Part shown: positions 1 to 7,778 of the stretch, one piece after another
How the letters are laid out: the number at the start of each line of letters is the position of its first letter
How positions within the stretch are numbered: position 1 is the first letter of the stretch
NCBI GenBank assembly: GCA_015523565.1
Contig: WAKA01000032.1
Coordinates: 1 to 11,560 of the forward strand
From: Candidatus Heimdallarchaeota archaeon
GTDB taxonomy: Archaea; Asgardarchaeota; Heimdallarchaeia; Heimdallarchaeales; Kariarchaeaceae
DNA: 11,560 bases
Direction of reading: 5' to 3'
Made by a program: the position numbers and the translations under genes
The notes under the pieces: generated by a model
The model's input: the letters and a program-made list of their open reading frames with translations, nothing else
Databases searched by the model: none
Told to the model about the DNA's origin: nothing

Positions 1-192
1 CTTGAGACGATTGATGATGTATGTGCCTTGCAGGAGTTGAGAATACTGAATGTTTCTGGCAATTGCCTTGCAACCATTCCCGAATGCCTTTCATCTTTGC
101 CCCATCTTCAGGAACTTGATGTTTCGTGTAACCCTCTTGAATCTATCCCAGATTGTTTCTATAACATGCATTCGCTTAAGTTCCATGTATGA
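1..192 (+). CDS. Leucine-rich repeat protein, C-terminal fragment (runs off the window start)
   Basis: Frame +1 is open from base 1 to TGA at 190-192: LETIDDVCALQELRILNVSGNCLATIPECLSSLPHLQELDVSCNPLESIPDCFYNMHSLKFHV*. It contains two 23-residue LxxLxLSxNxLxxIP repeats. Not in the supplied ORF track. Confidence 0.9.
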   Translation, partial: LETIDDVCALQELRILNVSGNCLATIPECLSSLPHLQELDVSCNPLESIPDCFYNMHSLKFHV

Positions 193-344
193 GGCGTTTT
201 CTCAACTATGTTTGCGGCTGAACAATACATTTGTGTAGATGCGGTGAACTTCTGTTCTCCGTTCCTACAATACAAATTCCGCAAATGAAATGGTCTGTGT
301 CACGAAGCTTGATTTTAAAACGTGTTGGGAGAATTCGGCTTTGC

Positions 345-1262
345 ATGAGATTGGTAGTGGCAATAGGCGGCAACATGATAACGGATGGGAAGGAGACTGG
401 AACATATGAGCGTCAGGTCGAGAAAATAAAGGGCACCGCGGCAGTTATCAAGGGATACATTGAGAAGGGGCATGAAGTTATCGCCACACACGGCAATGGT
501 CCTCAGGTGGGCAATCTGTTGATCCAACAGACCTGTTCGAAGAAAGTTCCTCCTCTTCCTCTCAGGATTTTGGGTGCATTGACACAGGCACAGATTGGTG
601 TCCTGCTGGAACTTTCGCTTAGAAGTCTTGTTCCCGATAGGGAGGTTGCTGTAGTTCCGACCGCAGTATTGGTTGACAGGAATGATTCTGGCTTTCAAAA
701 TCCGACAAAGCCAATTGGTCCGTTTTTCCCTGATGATGAGTTTTCTAAAATCCAGATTGCTGATGATGAGATCTACAAGTCGTTTCCTTTGGGCTATCGC
801 CGCGTAGTGGCTTCTCCTGAGCCTTTACGTATCATTGAGGCTGATGTCATACGTAAATTGGTCTCATCCGGTGTATTGGTGATTGCTGTGGGCGGTGGGG
901 GAACTCCCGTAATTGAGGGTCAAAATGGTGAATTGGAACCTGTTGATGCAGTAATTGACAAGGATCGTGCTTCTGCTGTCTTGGGTGATGAGGTGGATGC
1001 TGACTGCATGGTGATCATAACGAATGTGGATGGTGTTTATGAGAATTTCGGGAAACCTGATGCACGTCACCTGTCCAAACTTACTGTTTCCGAGGCGGAA
1101 CGTATTCTGGACTCGCTTGGTGAAGGAACCATGCGTCCCAAGGTTGAGGCATGCATCCGTTTTGTTAAATCCCGCAAGGGTCGGTTTGCCGTGATTACAT
1201 CCCGTGAACATGCATTGGATGCAATTGAAGGCAATGGTGGTACCATGGTTGTACCTGACTAA
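345..1262 (+). CDS. arcC: Carbamate kinase (amino-acid kinase family)
   Basis: Motifs VVAIGGN, THGNGPQVG, FQNPTKPIGPF, YRRVVASPEP, GGGGTPV, AVIDKDRAS and GTMRPKVEA. Start moved to ATG 345 (MRLVVAIGG), where family similarity begins. Confidence 0.95.
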   Translation: MRLVVAIGGNMITDGKETGTYERQVEKIKGTAAVIKGYIEKGHEVIATHGNGPQVGNLLIQQTCSKKVPPLPLRILGALTQAQIGVLLELSLRSLVPDREVAVVPTAVLVDRNDSGFQNPTKPIGPFFPDDEFSKIQIADDEIYKSFPLGYRRVVASPEPLRIIEADVIRKLVSSGVLVIAVGGGGTPVIEGQNGELEPVDAVIDKDRASAVLGDEVDADCMVIITNVDGVYENFGKPDARHLSKLTVSEAERILDSLGEGTMRPKVEACIRFVKSRKGRFAVITSREHALDAIEGNGGTMVVPD

Positions 1263-1310
1263 CCTGTTGTTTAATAAGATAGATTTAATAATCCTGTATC
1301 AAATTGAGTC

Positions 1311-1835
1311 GTGATGTATGGTCGAAGTTCATCTGATCGTTCAATTGTAGATAAAATGATGAGATTGTTTATTGTACAGGCGATCTCTGGATTTGTGGCA
1401 CGTGATTTCGATACTGGCATTCATTTCCTCAATGAAGTGAAGACACATTTTGCACAGAACCAAAGTCAACTGAACCCTGTCCTGAAAGGACTTGCAAAGG
1501 AGATCATCCAATCCTTGGATCTTCTTCAACCTGGTGCGTCTGCTGACATGTTCTCAGAAAGCAATGCAACAATCCCCATGACCCCTCAATCCGAACTTTC
1601 AAACATTATTTCCAAAAAAAATGAGCCGATCCATGATGATGTTGCAAATCCTGCAATTGCCGAGGTTTTGAAACGTCGAAAGATGAGAAAAAGCGGTCAC
1701 TCCTTTGACGAGATTGACAATGAAGACGAATCCCCTTCCTTGGAAGAGGAACTGGATTTGGGAGAACTTCCTTTTGAAGAGGAATCTCTTCCCAGAAGGA
1801 AACGGAAAAGGTCTGACCTTTGGGATGAACTTTAA
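1311..1835 (+). CDS. Hypothetical protein: N-terminal helical region plus a disordered basic/acidic tail ending DLWDEL
   Basis: 174-aa ORF fills the space between arcC and the convergent ORF, with protein-like composition. Start is GTG 1311 or ATG 1314, with an AT-rich segment (TTTAATAA) just upstream. Confidence 0.75.
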   Translation: MMYGRSSSDRSIVDKMMRLFIVQAISGFVARDFDTGIHFLNEVKTHFAQNQSQLNPVLKGLAKEIIQSLDLLQPGASADMFSESNATIPMTPQSELSNIISKKNEPIHDDVANPAIAEVLKRRKMRKSGHSFDEIDNEDESPSLEEELDLGELPFEEESLPRRKRKRSDLWDEL

Positions 1836-2962
1836 AGTATGCTCTTGTCTGGAGGATTTATCAAATGGGCGGTCAGATCAAGCCTCAAATCTGAAATGAG
1901 TGCCAGTAGTTTTTTCTTCAATGAATTTAGTTCTTCATTGTCCAATTCTGGTATCATATTGTCATATTTTTGTAAAATGTGTTTATATTTGTCCCCAAAT
2001 TGGTAAAGGTGCGCTTTAAATGCAGGGGCAAAGCTGACCATCTGGTTTTGATATGTGTCATTCACAAAAATGTTCAGGGAATGAAGTTCGTAGCCTCCTC
2101 TTGCTTGAGGCATTTTTCTTGAGAAAAACAGTGACATAAGAGTTCCCTTGAATGATTTGCCATGAATCTTGATCACTTGGTGGCTGGTATTCAAAATAAA
2201 GTCTGAAATGTTTACGAGATCAAAATCCACAATGGCAAACGAACCGACTATTGCCCGTGAAATCATGAAAAGCTCGAAGTCATTTGGGCTTCCCACCAAT
2301 CCAAGTGGTCCAATCGCCTCATCAAGATATGCTCCGAAGGCAATGGGAATTATCTCTCCTACCTTGCTCTCATCCGCATCCAAAATTTCCTCGTTTTCAA
2401 TCTTAAAGGGGATCATCTCTTCATATGCTTCCTTTATCTCTCCAGCAAACGCCCCAACTAGGTTTTTGAGCGTCTCATTATGCCTTTTCAATGCATAGAC
2501 TTTGAGCAATGAGGCCATATAGAGACCTGCATCGATTCTCTGCTTTTTTGGGGGTTTTTTCTCTTTTCTCGTATACAAAACTAACATGACAAGATGCTCT
2601 TCCCCTTGACTATACCCATAACTTCGAACAACAGGAAGGAAGACCCTTCCAGCAACCTCCATAGTTTTGACCCCCTCATACTGCTCATAATCCCCATATT
2701 CGTTTTTTTTCCATTTTGACAGACTCATAAGTATGGTGGAAATTTTGGCATTGTTTATTCCGTAATCCTGCACATTTTCCCATTTGGGGTGTCTTGAGCT
2801 AATGGCAAAAACACCCTGCACGCATTTTCTTAAAAGAATGATGTCCTTTATCCCCATTTCCTCTACAAAATGGGAAATCGCCCTGACCAAAATATCTTCT
2901 TCATCTGCCTTATCTAGCAATGCTTCCATAAGTATCTGGGATATGATGGCAGATGATTTCAT
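1832..2962 (-). CDS. Hypothetical protein: putative N-terminal GAF-like domain and C-terminal uDENN/longin-like (FLCN/SMCR8-type) domain
   Basis: 376-aa ORF. The C-half has IAFGAYLDEAIGP..GSP and FFSRKMPQARGGYELHSLNIFV, resembling the F-x-E-x-x-GP and ARG signatures of folliculin/SMCR8 uDENN. The N-half has a VFLPVV...MLVLY...helix pattern like GAF. The ORF is secure; the domain calls are tentative. Confidence 0.6.
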   Translation of the reverse strand: MKSSAIISQILMEALLDKADEEDILVRAISHFVEEMGIKDIILLRKCVQGVFAISSRHPKWENVQDYGINNAKISTILMSLSKWKKNEYGDYEQYEGVKTMEVAGRVFLPVVRSYGYSQGEEHLVMLVLYTRKEKKPPKKQRIDAGLYMASLLKVYALKRHNETLKNLVGAFAGEIKEAYEEMIPFKIENEEILDADESKVGEIIPIAFGAYLDEAIGPLGLVGSPNDFELFMISRAIVGSFAIVDFDLVNISDFILNTSHQVIKIHGKSFKGTLMSLFFSRKMPQARGGYELHSLNIFVNDTYQNQMVSFAPAFKAHLYQFGDKYKHILQKYDNMIPELDNEELNSLKKKLLALISDLRLDLTAHLINPPDKSIL

Positions 2963-3061
2963 GCACTATATTTTATCTGCGAACTATATTAATTTTCTCA
3001 GTTGTTCCCATTGGTTGTCATTATCATTCATCTTAATACCGACGGAAATCCCTCATAAATA

Positions 3062-4270
3062 ATGACAACTGATATGGTCGGTGCCAACCCATTCGCCAAT
3101 GTCACTCGCATTGAATCCTCACAGGAACTATTGGATCTCGCATTTGGAAGGGCCATGAAAATCGCACCACCACAATTGAGAGGGGCAGACCCTCTTGTAA
3201 AGAACAGGGAGTACGAACGAAACCGTATTAATACCGCGGCCAATGTATTGGCTGATCGACTCTATCGCATAATCTCTCAATTTCCATCCTTGAATGTGGT
3301 TCATCCGCTTTATTTGGAACTCGCCAACATCTTGCTGGGCAAGGATCGTGCAAACGGTGTTGATGAACTCAAACGAGCATTGGGGGCTCTTCAAGGTACT
3401 GTCAACCTAATACGAAATGTTGAAACAGAATTGAATGAGAAACTCAATGGGACTTTCACGAAAACCCAGAATATTGAAATACGGAATGCCGCATTCGGGC
3501 GTTTTTCAAGCATTGTTTATCAGACTGAACCGCATTTGGAAATCCTGCGAAAAGCTCAAGAAACCCTTTCAACACTTCCCGGCTTCAATCCCTTGCAACC
3601 CAGCGTTGTTGTTGCTGGGGTTCCCAATGTGGGAAAGTCATCTTTTGTAAGGAATGCCACCTCTGGCAAACCGAATGTGGGTTCATACCCATTCACCACA
3701 AAACGGCTTGTTTTTGGTCATCGAAAGTTTGGTTTTGTATCTGTTCAATTTTGTGACACCCCTGGTATCTTGGATCGTTCCTTGAAAGAAAGAAATGAAA
3801 TTGAACTCATGGCAATTGCCGCTCTGAAGCATATCAGTGATATTCTGCTGGTGATCATTGACCCATCCATTTCTGCTACCTACCCTGTTGAGCAACAACT
3901 TAAGCTTGTTTTGGAATTTGCCGAGTTTTATCCGCAGGCTGAAATCCTGCTCGTAGTCAACAAATTGGACCTTATTTCCAAACAAGACCGCGAGCAAGTG
4001 GAAACTGAAATACAGAGGTTCCTTTCAGACCATCCAATCAATTTGGATTCTGAGCATGGCGTACACTTTATTTCCAGTTTCAGCAAAGATGACATCTCCC
4101 AAGTCATGGATTCAATCAATCATATTGTGAAGACAAAATTACTGAAAAGTCACAAATTCCAAGTACTGACAGACCCTGAAATTGCTGAAGACCAATTGAC
4201 TTTACAGGAGGTAGTTGATGAGGAGGTGTTCTTTGATGACGATGAGGAATACTTAGATCTAAGCATGTAG
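3062..4270 (+). CDS. nog1: Nog1/GTPBP4-family GTPase (OBG-HflX superfamily, ribosome biogenesis)
   Basis: N-terminal helical domain with FPSLNVVHPLYLEL; G1 GVPNVGKS; G2 YPFTTK; G3 DTPGILDR followed by ERNEIE; G4 NKLD; acidic tail. Confidence 0.93.
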   Translation: MTTDMVGANPFANVTRIESSQELLDLAFGRAMKIAPPQLRGADPLVKNREYERNRINTAANVLADRLYRIISQFPSLNVVHPLYLELANILLGKDRANGVDELKRALGALQGTVNLIRNVETELNEKLNGTFTKTQNIEIRNAAFGRFSSIVYQTEPHLEILRKAQETLSTLPGFNPLQPSVVVAGVPNVGKSSFVRNATSGKPNVGSYPFTTKRLVFGHRKFGFVSVQFCDTPGILDRSLKERNEIELMAIAALKHISDILLVIIDPSISATYPVEQQLKLVLEFAEFYPQAEILLVVNKLDLISKQDREQVETEIQRFLSDHPINLDSEHGVHFISSFSKDDISQVMDSINHIVKTKLLKSHKFQVLTDPEIAEDQLTLQEVVDEEVFFDDDEEYLDLSM

Positions 4271-4454
4271 GCACATACTGTCGAACCTTCTAGCCCAAAA
4301 AGACACTTGTTAGCTGGTTATGTTGGGCATCCACAATTATGTGGTTCTCCGCCACTTCGCGTATAGCTGACCCTATACGTAAATCCTTGATGTAGGTAAA
4401 TTGCACTTGTGCCGCGAAAAAATCCACCAATATTTGTTTTGATGATTGTGCATA

Positions 4455-4462
4455 TTTATTAA
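4455..4462 (+). promoter_or_regulatory. Putative archaeal TATA box for the ESCRT cluster
   Basis: TTTATTAA lies about 30 nt upstream of ATG 4491, with no SD-like motif before that ATG. This fits a leaderless first cistron. Confidence 0.4.
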
Positions 4463-4490
4463 CTACCATTTGTTAATTATGTATGGTTAT

Positions 4491-5246
4491 ATGGTAAACT
4501 TCGAAAAAGTTCTGAAAGAAGAGCGGAAATATCTCGCCAAGAACGAGCCGACATTTTATCAGGCTGATCCCGATGGGAGAGTATTTGTCGGTAAGGTTGG
4601 AAGATTGGCGACGGGTGAGGATATTAGGATACGTATCGAAATTCCAGAATTTTATCCAATTGTCAAGCCTACCGTTACAGTAATGCCTGAAATGGTGCAT
4701 CCAAATGTTGATGGAAATGGACGTTTGGATTTGCGATTATTGAATGAATGGGAACCTTCATACAGGGTGAAGGATATAATTGCCGCCGCACGAAGGCTTT
4801 TCATACACAGCCGAAATCTTGCCCGCAAACGGGTTGAAAGGCATGTGGCTCAAACACCACGCCCTGTTGAACCACAACCCGTACTTGACATGGAGCTTGA
4901 ACAATTGCAAAATCGTGTTGCAGACCTGCAAAAGCAACTAAGCAAAATCGAAAGGGAAACAAGGGAAAAACGGGAAGCCTCATTTAAGAGACAGGGCGTT
5001 CAAGTTGTCACAAATGCATCACCAGAATTGGAACTGAAGGCGGAACTGCAGGCTCTTGGAGACTTGCTGGAATTGCTTGACATTAAATTCGAAGATGCGG
5101 AAATCGACCAAACGGACTTTTTCAGATTGTTCAAACATTACATGGCCATGAAATTCAAAACAGAAGAGAAATTGGCAGAATTAAGTGGAGGATATAATTA
5201 TGTCGTATCAAACAAAAAGAAGACAGAAGAGCCTATTAGATCATAA
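4491..5246 (+). CDS. vps23: ESCRT-I subunit Vps23/TSG101-like (UEV + Pro-rich linker + coiled coil + steadiness box)
   Basis: E2-fold motifs IEIPEFYPIVKP and HPNVDGNGRLDLRLLNEWEP, with Asp at the catalytic Cys position. Then TPRPVEPQP linker, heptad coiled coil LEQLQNRVADLQKQLSKI, and SB-like ALGDLLELLDIKFEDAEIDQTDFFRLFK. Adjacent to vps28. Start placed at ATG 4491. Confidence 0.88.
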   Translation: MVNFEKVLKEERKYLAKNEPTFYQADPDGRVFVGKVGRLATGEDIRIRIEIPEFYPIVKPTVTVMPEMVHPNVDGNGRLDLRLLNEWEPSYRVKDIIAAARRLFIHSRNLARKRVERHVAQTPRPVEPQPVLDMELEQLQNRVADLQKQLSKIERETREKREASFKRQGVQVVTNASPELELKAELQALGDLLELLDIKFEDAEIDQTDFFRLFKHYMAMKFKTEEKLAELSGGYNYVVSNKKKTEEPIRS

Positions 5247-5832
5247 GGCTGACTTATATGCCGCCATCGCGACAATTGACAGGTTGGCGACACATTTTGA
5301 CAGGGGCATGGTTGAAGAAACCTTATATCGGAGACAAATGAAAGCGGCCATCTCCGACGTCTTCAAAGCTCAAATGGCTTTGGAAGAACACGGCTTTACC
5401 ATTGAGGACTTCATCAAGGAGCGGAAATTGGATGAAAAGTTTCCTGAAGGTGTTAAACGGCTGAATTTGGTTCAGGGACTTGAACGTGAAGAGGACACTT
5501 CACTTTCCTTTACTAAACTCAAGGATCTTCCTGTCAAATCGGCAGATTATGTTGCCAATGCCATCGAACTGATTGATGTGCTAAGACTCAGATCAATCGC
5601 GAGAGTGGAAATGATTGTCCCGTTGCTTGATGAAATGTACAATATTGTGAAAGAATTCCCCAATCTAGGTCCTGATCATTGGGTTGCTGTTGAGATCGAC
5701 GGATGGAGAAAAGCATTACTCGATGAAAGCCCTAGCATGACCCTTCCAGAAGAAGATGCGGAACGTTTGGAATTTGAGGCTTCACGGTGGCTCAATGAAT
5801 TCCGAAGTCAAATCAGCAAAATTGGTGGTTAG
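5200..5832 (+). CDS. vps28: ESCRT-I subunit Vps28
   Basis: N-domain ADLYAAIATIDRLATHF..G.V....Y and TIEDFIKE; C-terminal four-helix bundle ADYVANAIELIDVLRL...IVPLLDEM...W...L...ERLEFE...NEF matches eukaryotic VPS28. SD GGAGGA at 5187-5192 precedes ATG 5200. Confidence 0.9.
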   Translation: MSYQTKRRQKSLLDHKADLYAAIATIDRLATHFDRGMVEETLYRRQMKAAISDVFKAQMALEEHGFTIEDFIKERKLDEKFPEGVKRLNLVQGLEREEDTSLSFTKLKDLPVKSADYVANAIELIDVLRLRSIARVEMIVPLLDEMYNIVKEFPNLGPDHWVAVEIDGWRKALLDESPSMTLPEEDAERLEFEASRWLNEFRSQISKIGG

Positions 5833-5833
5833 A

Positions 5834-6556
5834 ATGGGTCTTCGTGATATCGAACGCAAAATCAGAATGAAAAGTGCCTATCAGGAAAAAGAAGCGGAAC
5901 TCATGTTGACTGAACTTGACTTGTTAATTGAGAACTACCGGAAACTGGAAAAACAATTAAAGGAATTTGAAAAGAAACATGGCAAGAAAATCAAGGAAAA
6001 CAGGGAATATTATGAAAAATTGTCCGAATTCAGAAGGGAGCTTGGTCTCCCCGAAGAAATTGGTGTCTATGATTGGAAAGAAAAACCATCTTTTGTAGAT
6101 AAACTTACTGGAAAGGGTTACTACGACGAAATCGCAAATGAAATTTTGGAAATTGGCAAGGAGTCCATGCGAGAAACTGGTGGACTAATGTCTGTCGCCG
6201 AAGTAACCCTTCGTCTGAACAAACGCCGACCAGGAAAGATCATTCCTCCAAAAGATGTTATTCGGGCATTGGAATCCTTGAAGAAATCTGGTCTTATACA
6301 AAATCTCAAGCAACTGGATTCTGGCACAAAAATTGTGGAATTTGTCTCTGTTGACCTTTCAAAGGATCAAGAAAAGGTATTGAGCCTTGCATCAAGAAAA
6401 GGTGGAATGTTGACCCTTGAAGAGTTGCTGATCAAGACCAAATGGCCTATGGAACGTGCCACCCGTGCTCTTGACGCCATGGTACAGGATGGGCTTGCAC
6501 TAAAGGATGACGACTATTCTGAGGGAATCCGCTATTGGTTCCCTGCTTTGGGATGA
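5834..6556 (+). CDS. vps22: ESCRT-II subunit Vps22/Vps36-like (EAP30/SNF8 family, tandem winged helix)
   Basis: LKEFEKKHGKKI, YYDEIANEILEI, TGGLMSVAEV, DVIRALESLK, LSKDQEKVL, KWPMERATRAL and GIRYWFPAL are collinear with SNF8/Vps22. ATG 5834 lies 1 nt after the vps28 stop and is preceded by GGTGG. Confidence 0.92.
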   Translation: MGLRDIERKIRMKSAYQEKEAELMLTELDLLIENYRKLEKQLKEFEKKHGKKIKENREYYEKLSEFRRELGLPEEIGVYDWKEKPSFVDKLTGKGYYDEIANEILEIGKESMRETGGLMSVAEVTLRLNKRRPGKIIPPKDVIRALESLKKSGLIQNLKQLDSGTKIVEFVSVDLSKDQEKVLSLASRKGGMLTLEELLIKTKWPMERATRALDAMVQDGLALKDDDYSEGIRYWFPALG

Positions 6557-6623
6557 TGGCTGTGCGATTCCACAACACGTATGGAAATAATATATATTCT
6601 TGTTTGCTAGGAGTGAAATAAGA

Positions 6624-7775
6624 GTGAGTAGCAATCTTTATGCACGAGCCCAACACTTTGCAAAGCTTGCAGTCGAGGCGGATAACGCAGGAAAGCATGG
6701 TGAAGCAATCAACTATTATCTCCAAGCCGCAGAGATACTTGTTGAAATGACCAAATTCACCTCTAACCCTCGACTTGTGGAAACTTACCAAAATCGTGCA
6801 AAATCATATGTTGCACGAGCCAAGGACTTGAAGAAAGAACTGAAAAAAGTGAAAAAACCTACCAGGTCCGGAAAAGGTAACGACGATGACGAGGAATCCG
6901 AGCTCGATGATGCACTCGCAGATGCTATAGTCACAGAAAAACCCAATATTTCCCTTGATGATGTGGCAGGTCTTGAAGATGTCAAGATTGCCCTCAGGGA
7001 GGCCATTGTCTTACCATTAATGCGACCTGATCTATTTACTGGGGCTCGAAGACCATGGAAAGGAATTCTTCTCTTTGGACCACCTGGGTGCGGAAAGACT
7101 ATGATCGCAAAAGCGACAGCAGGAAACATAGACGCAACATTCTTCAATATTTCTGCCGCCCATCTTGTGAGCAAGTGGTTGGGCGAATCTGAAAAATTAG
7201 TGAAAAGACTGTACGAAATGGCCAAAGAAAAACAACCCAGCATCATTTTTATTGATGAGGTCGATTCGTTGACACAAGCCCGTGGCGGTTCTGAAAATGA
7301 TGCCATGAGAAGAATCAAAACTCAGTTGCTGACCAGCATGGAGGGTCTTACCAGTGACCCGCAAACAAGGGTTGTAACTATTGGTGCAACAAATATTCCA
7401 TGGGAAATTGATTCTGCATTTCGAAGACGGTTTGAAAGAAGGATTTATGTTCCAGTCCCTGACTTCGATGCCAGGAAAAAAATATTTGAAGTGAATACAA
7501 AAGGGGTTGAGTTAGACAGTTCAGTTGATTTTACTGAGTTGGCAAAGCTCACTGAAAATTACTCTGGGTCTGATATTGCCACTATCTGTCGAGAAGCTAT
7601 CTTCATCCCCATTCGTGAACTTGATGCAAAAGGGGCAATCTCAGACACAAGCATAAAGGCAAGACCTGTGACACAGCAAGACTTCTTGACAGCACTTAAG
7701 AATGTCAAATCTTCTGTTAGCCTTGAAGAACTTCAAAAATTTGAAGATTGGGATCGTGAATACGGAGCAGGATAA
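6624..7775 (+). CDS. vps4: Vps4 AAA+ ATPase with N-terminal MIT domain
   Basis: MIT: AKLAVEADNAG...AINYY...RAKSYVARAKDLK. Walker A GPPGCGKT; pore loop SKWLGESE; Walker B IIFIDEVD; SRH ATNIPWEIDSAFRRRFERR; C-terminal FEDWDREYG. GTG 6624 is preceded by SD AGGAG at 6609-6613. Confidence 0.95.
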   Translation: MSSNLYARAQHFAKLAVEADNAGKHGEAINYYLQAAEILVEMTKFTSNPRLVETYQNRAKSYVARAKDLKKELKKVKKPTRSGKGNDDDEESELDDALADAIVTEKPNISLDDVAGLEDVKIALREAIVLPLMRPDLFTGARRPWKGILLFGPPGCGKTMIAKATAGNIDATFFNISAAHLVSKWLGESEKLVKRLYEMAKEKQPSIIFIDEVDSLTQARGGSENDAMRRIKTQLLTSMEGLTSDPQTRVVTIGATNIPWEIDSAFRRRFERRIYVPVPDFDARKKIFEVNTKGVELDSSVDFTELAKLTENYSGSDIATICREAIFIPIRELDAKGAISDTSIKARPVTQQDFLTALKNVKSSVSLEELQKFEDWDREYGAG

Positions 7776-7778
7776 AAT

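Noticed and set aside
50-238. 62-aa + strand ORF from the track
   Set aside because: Out-of-frame shadow of the LRR coding frame (1-192).
231-344. N-terminal extension of arcC; likewise the track extensions at 4446, 5185, 5756, 6600 and 9524
   Set aside because: Family similarity and SD or coupling signals point to downstream starts at 345, 4491, 5200, 5834, 6624 and 9647.
1791-1812. NLS-like PRRKRKR
   Set aside because: Prokaryotic context; basic clusters are common in disordered tails and imply no import function.
1832-1835. 4-nt overlapping stop codons of convergent genes (also at 8916-8919)
   Set aside because: Common in compact prokaryotic genomes; it only supports the ORF ends.
4278-4290. 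GGTTCGA (tRNA T-loop-like) on the minus strand
   Set aside because: I could not build a T-stem, acceptor stem or cloverleaf around it; not called as tRNA.
4491-5246. Active E2 ubiquitin-conjugating enzyme
   Set aside because: No catalytic Cys; the coiled coil, steadiness box and vps28 linkage indicate Vps23.
6785-7318. 177-aa antisense ORF and other antisense/alternate-frame ORFs (e.g. 315-698, 864-1211, 2169-2498, 7641-8030, 10531-10881)
   Set aside because: They lie within well-supported genes and show no motifs; typical shadow ORFs.
6624-7775. Katanin p60, Cdc48 or PAN as alternative AAA+ calls
   Set aside because: A single AAA module with an N-terminal MIT domain inside an ESCRT operon fits Vps4 best.
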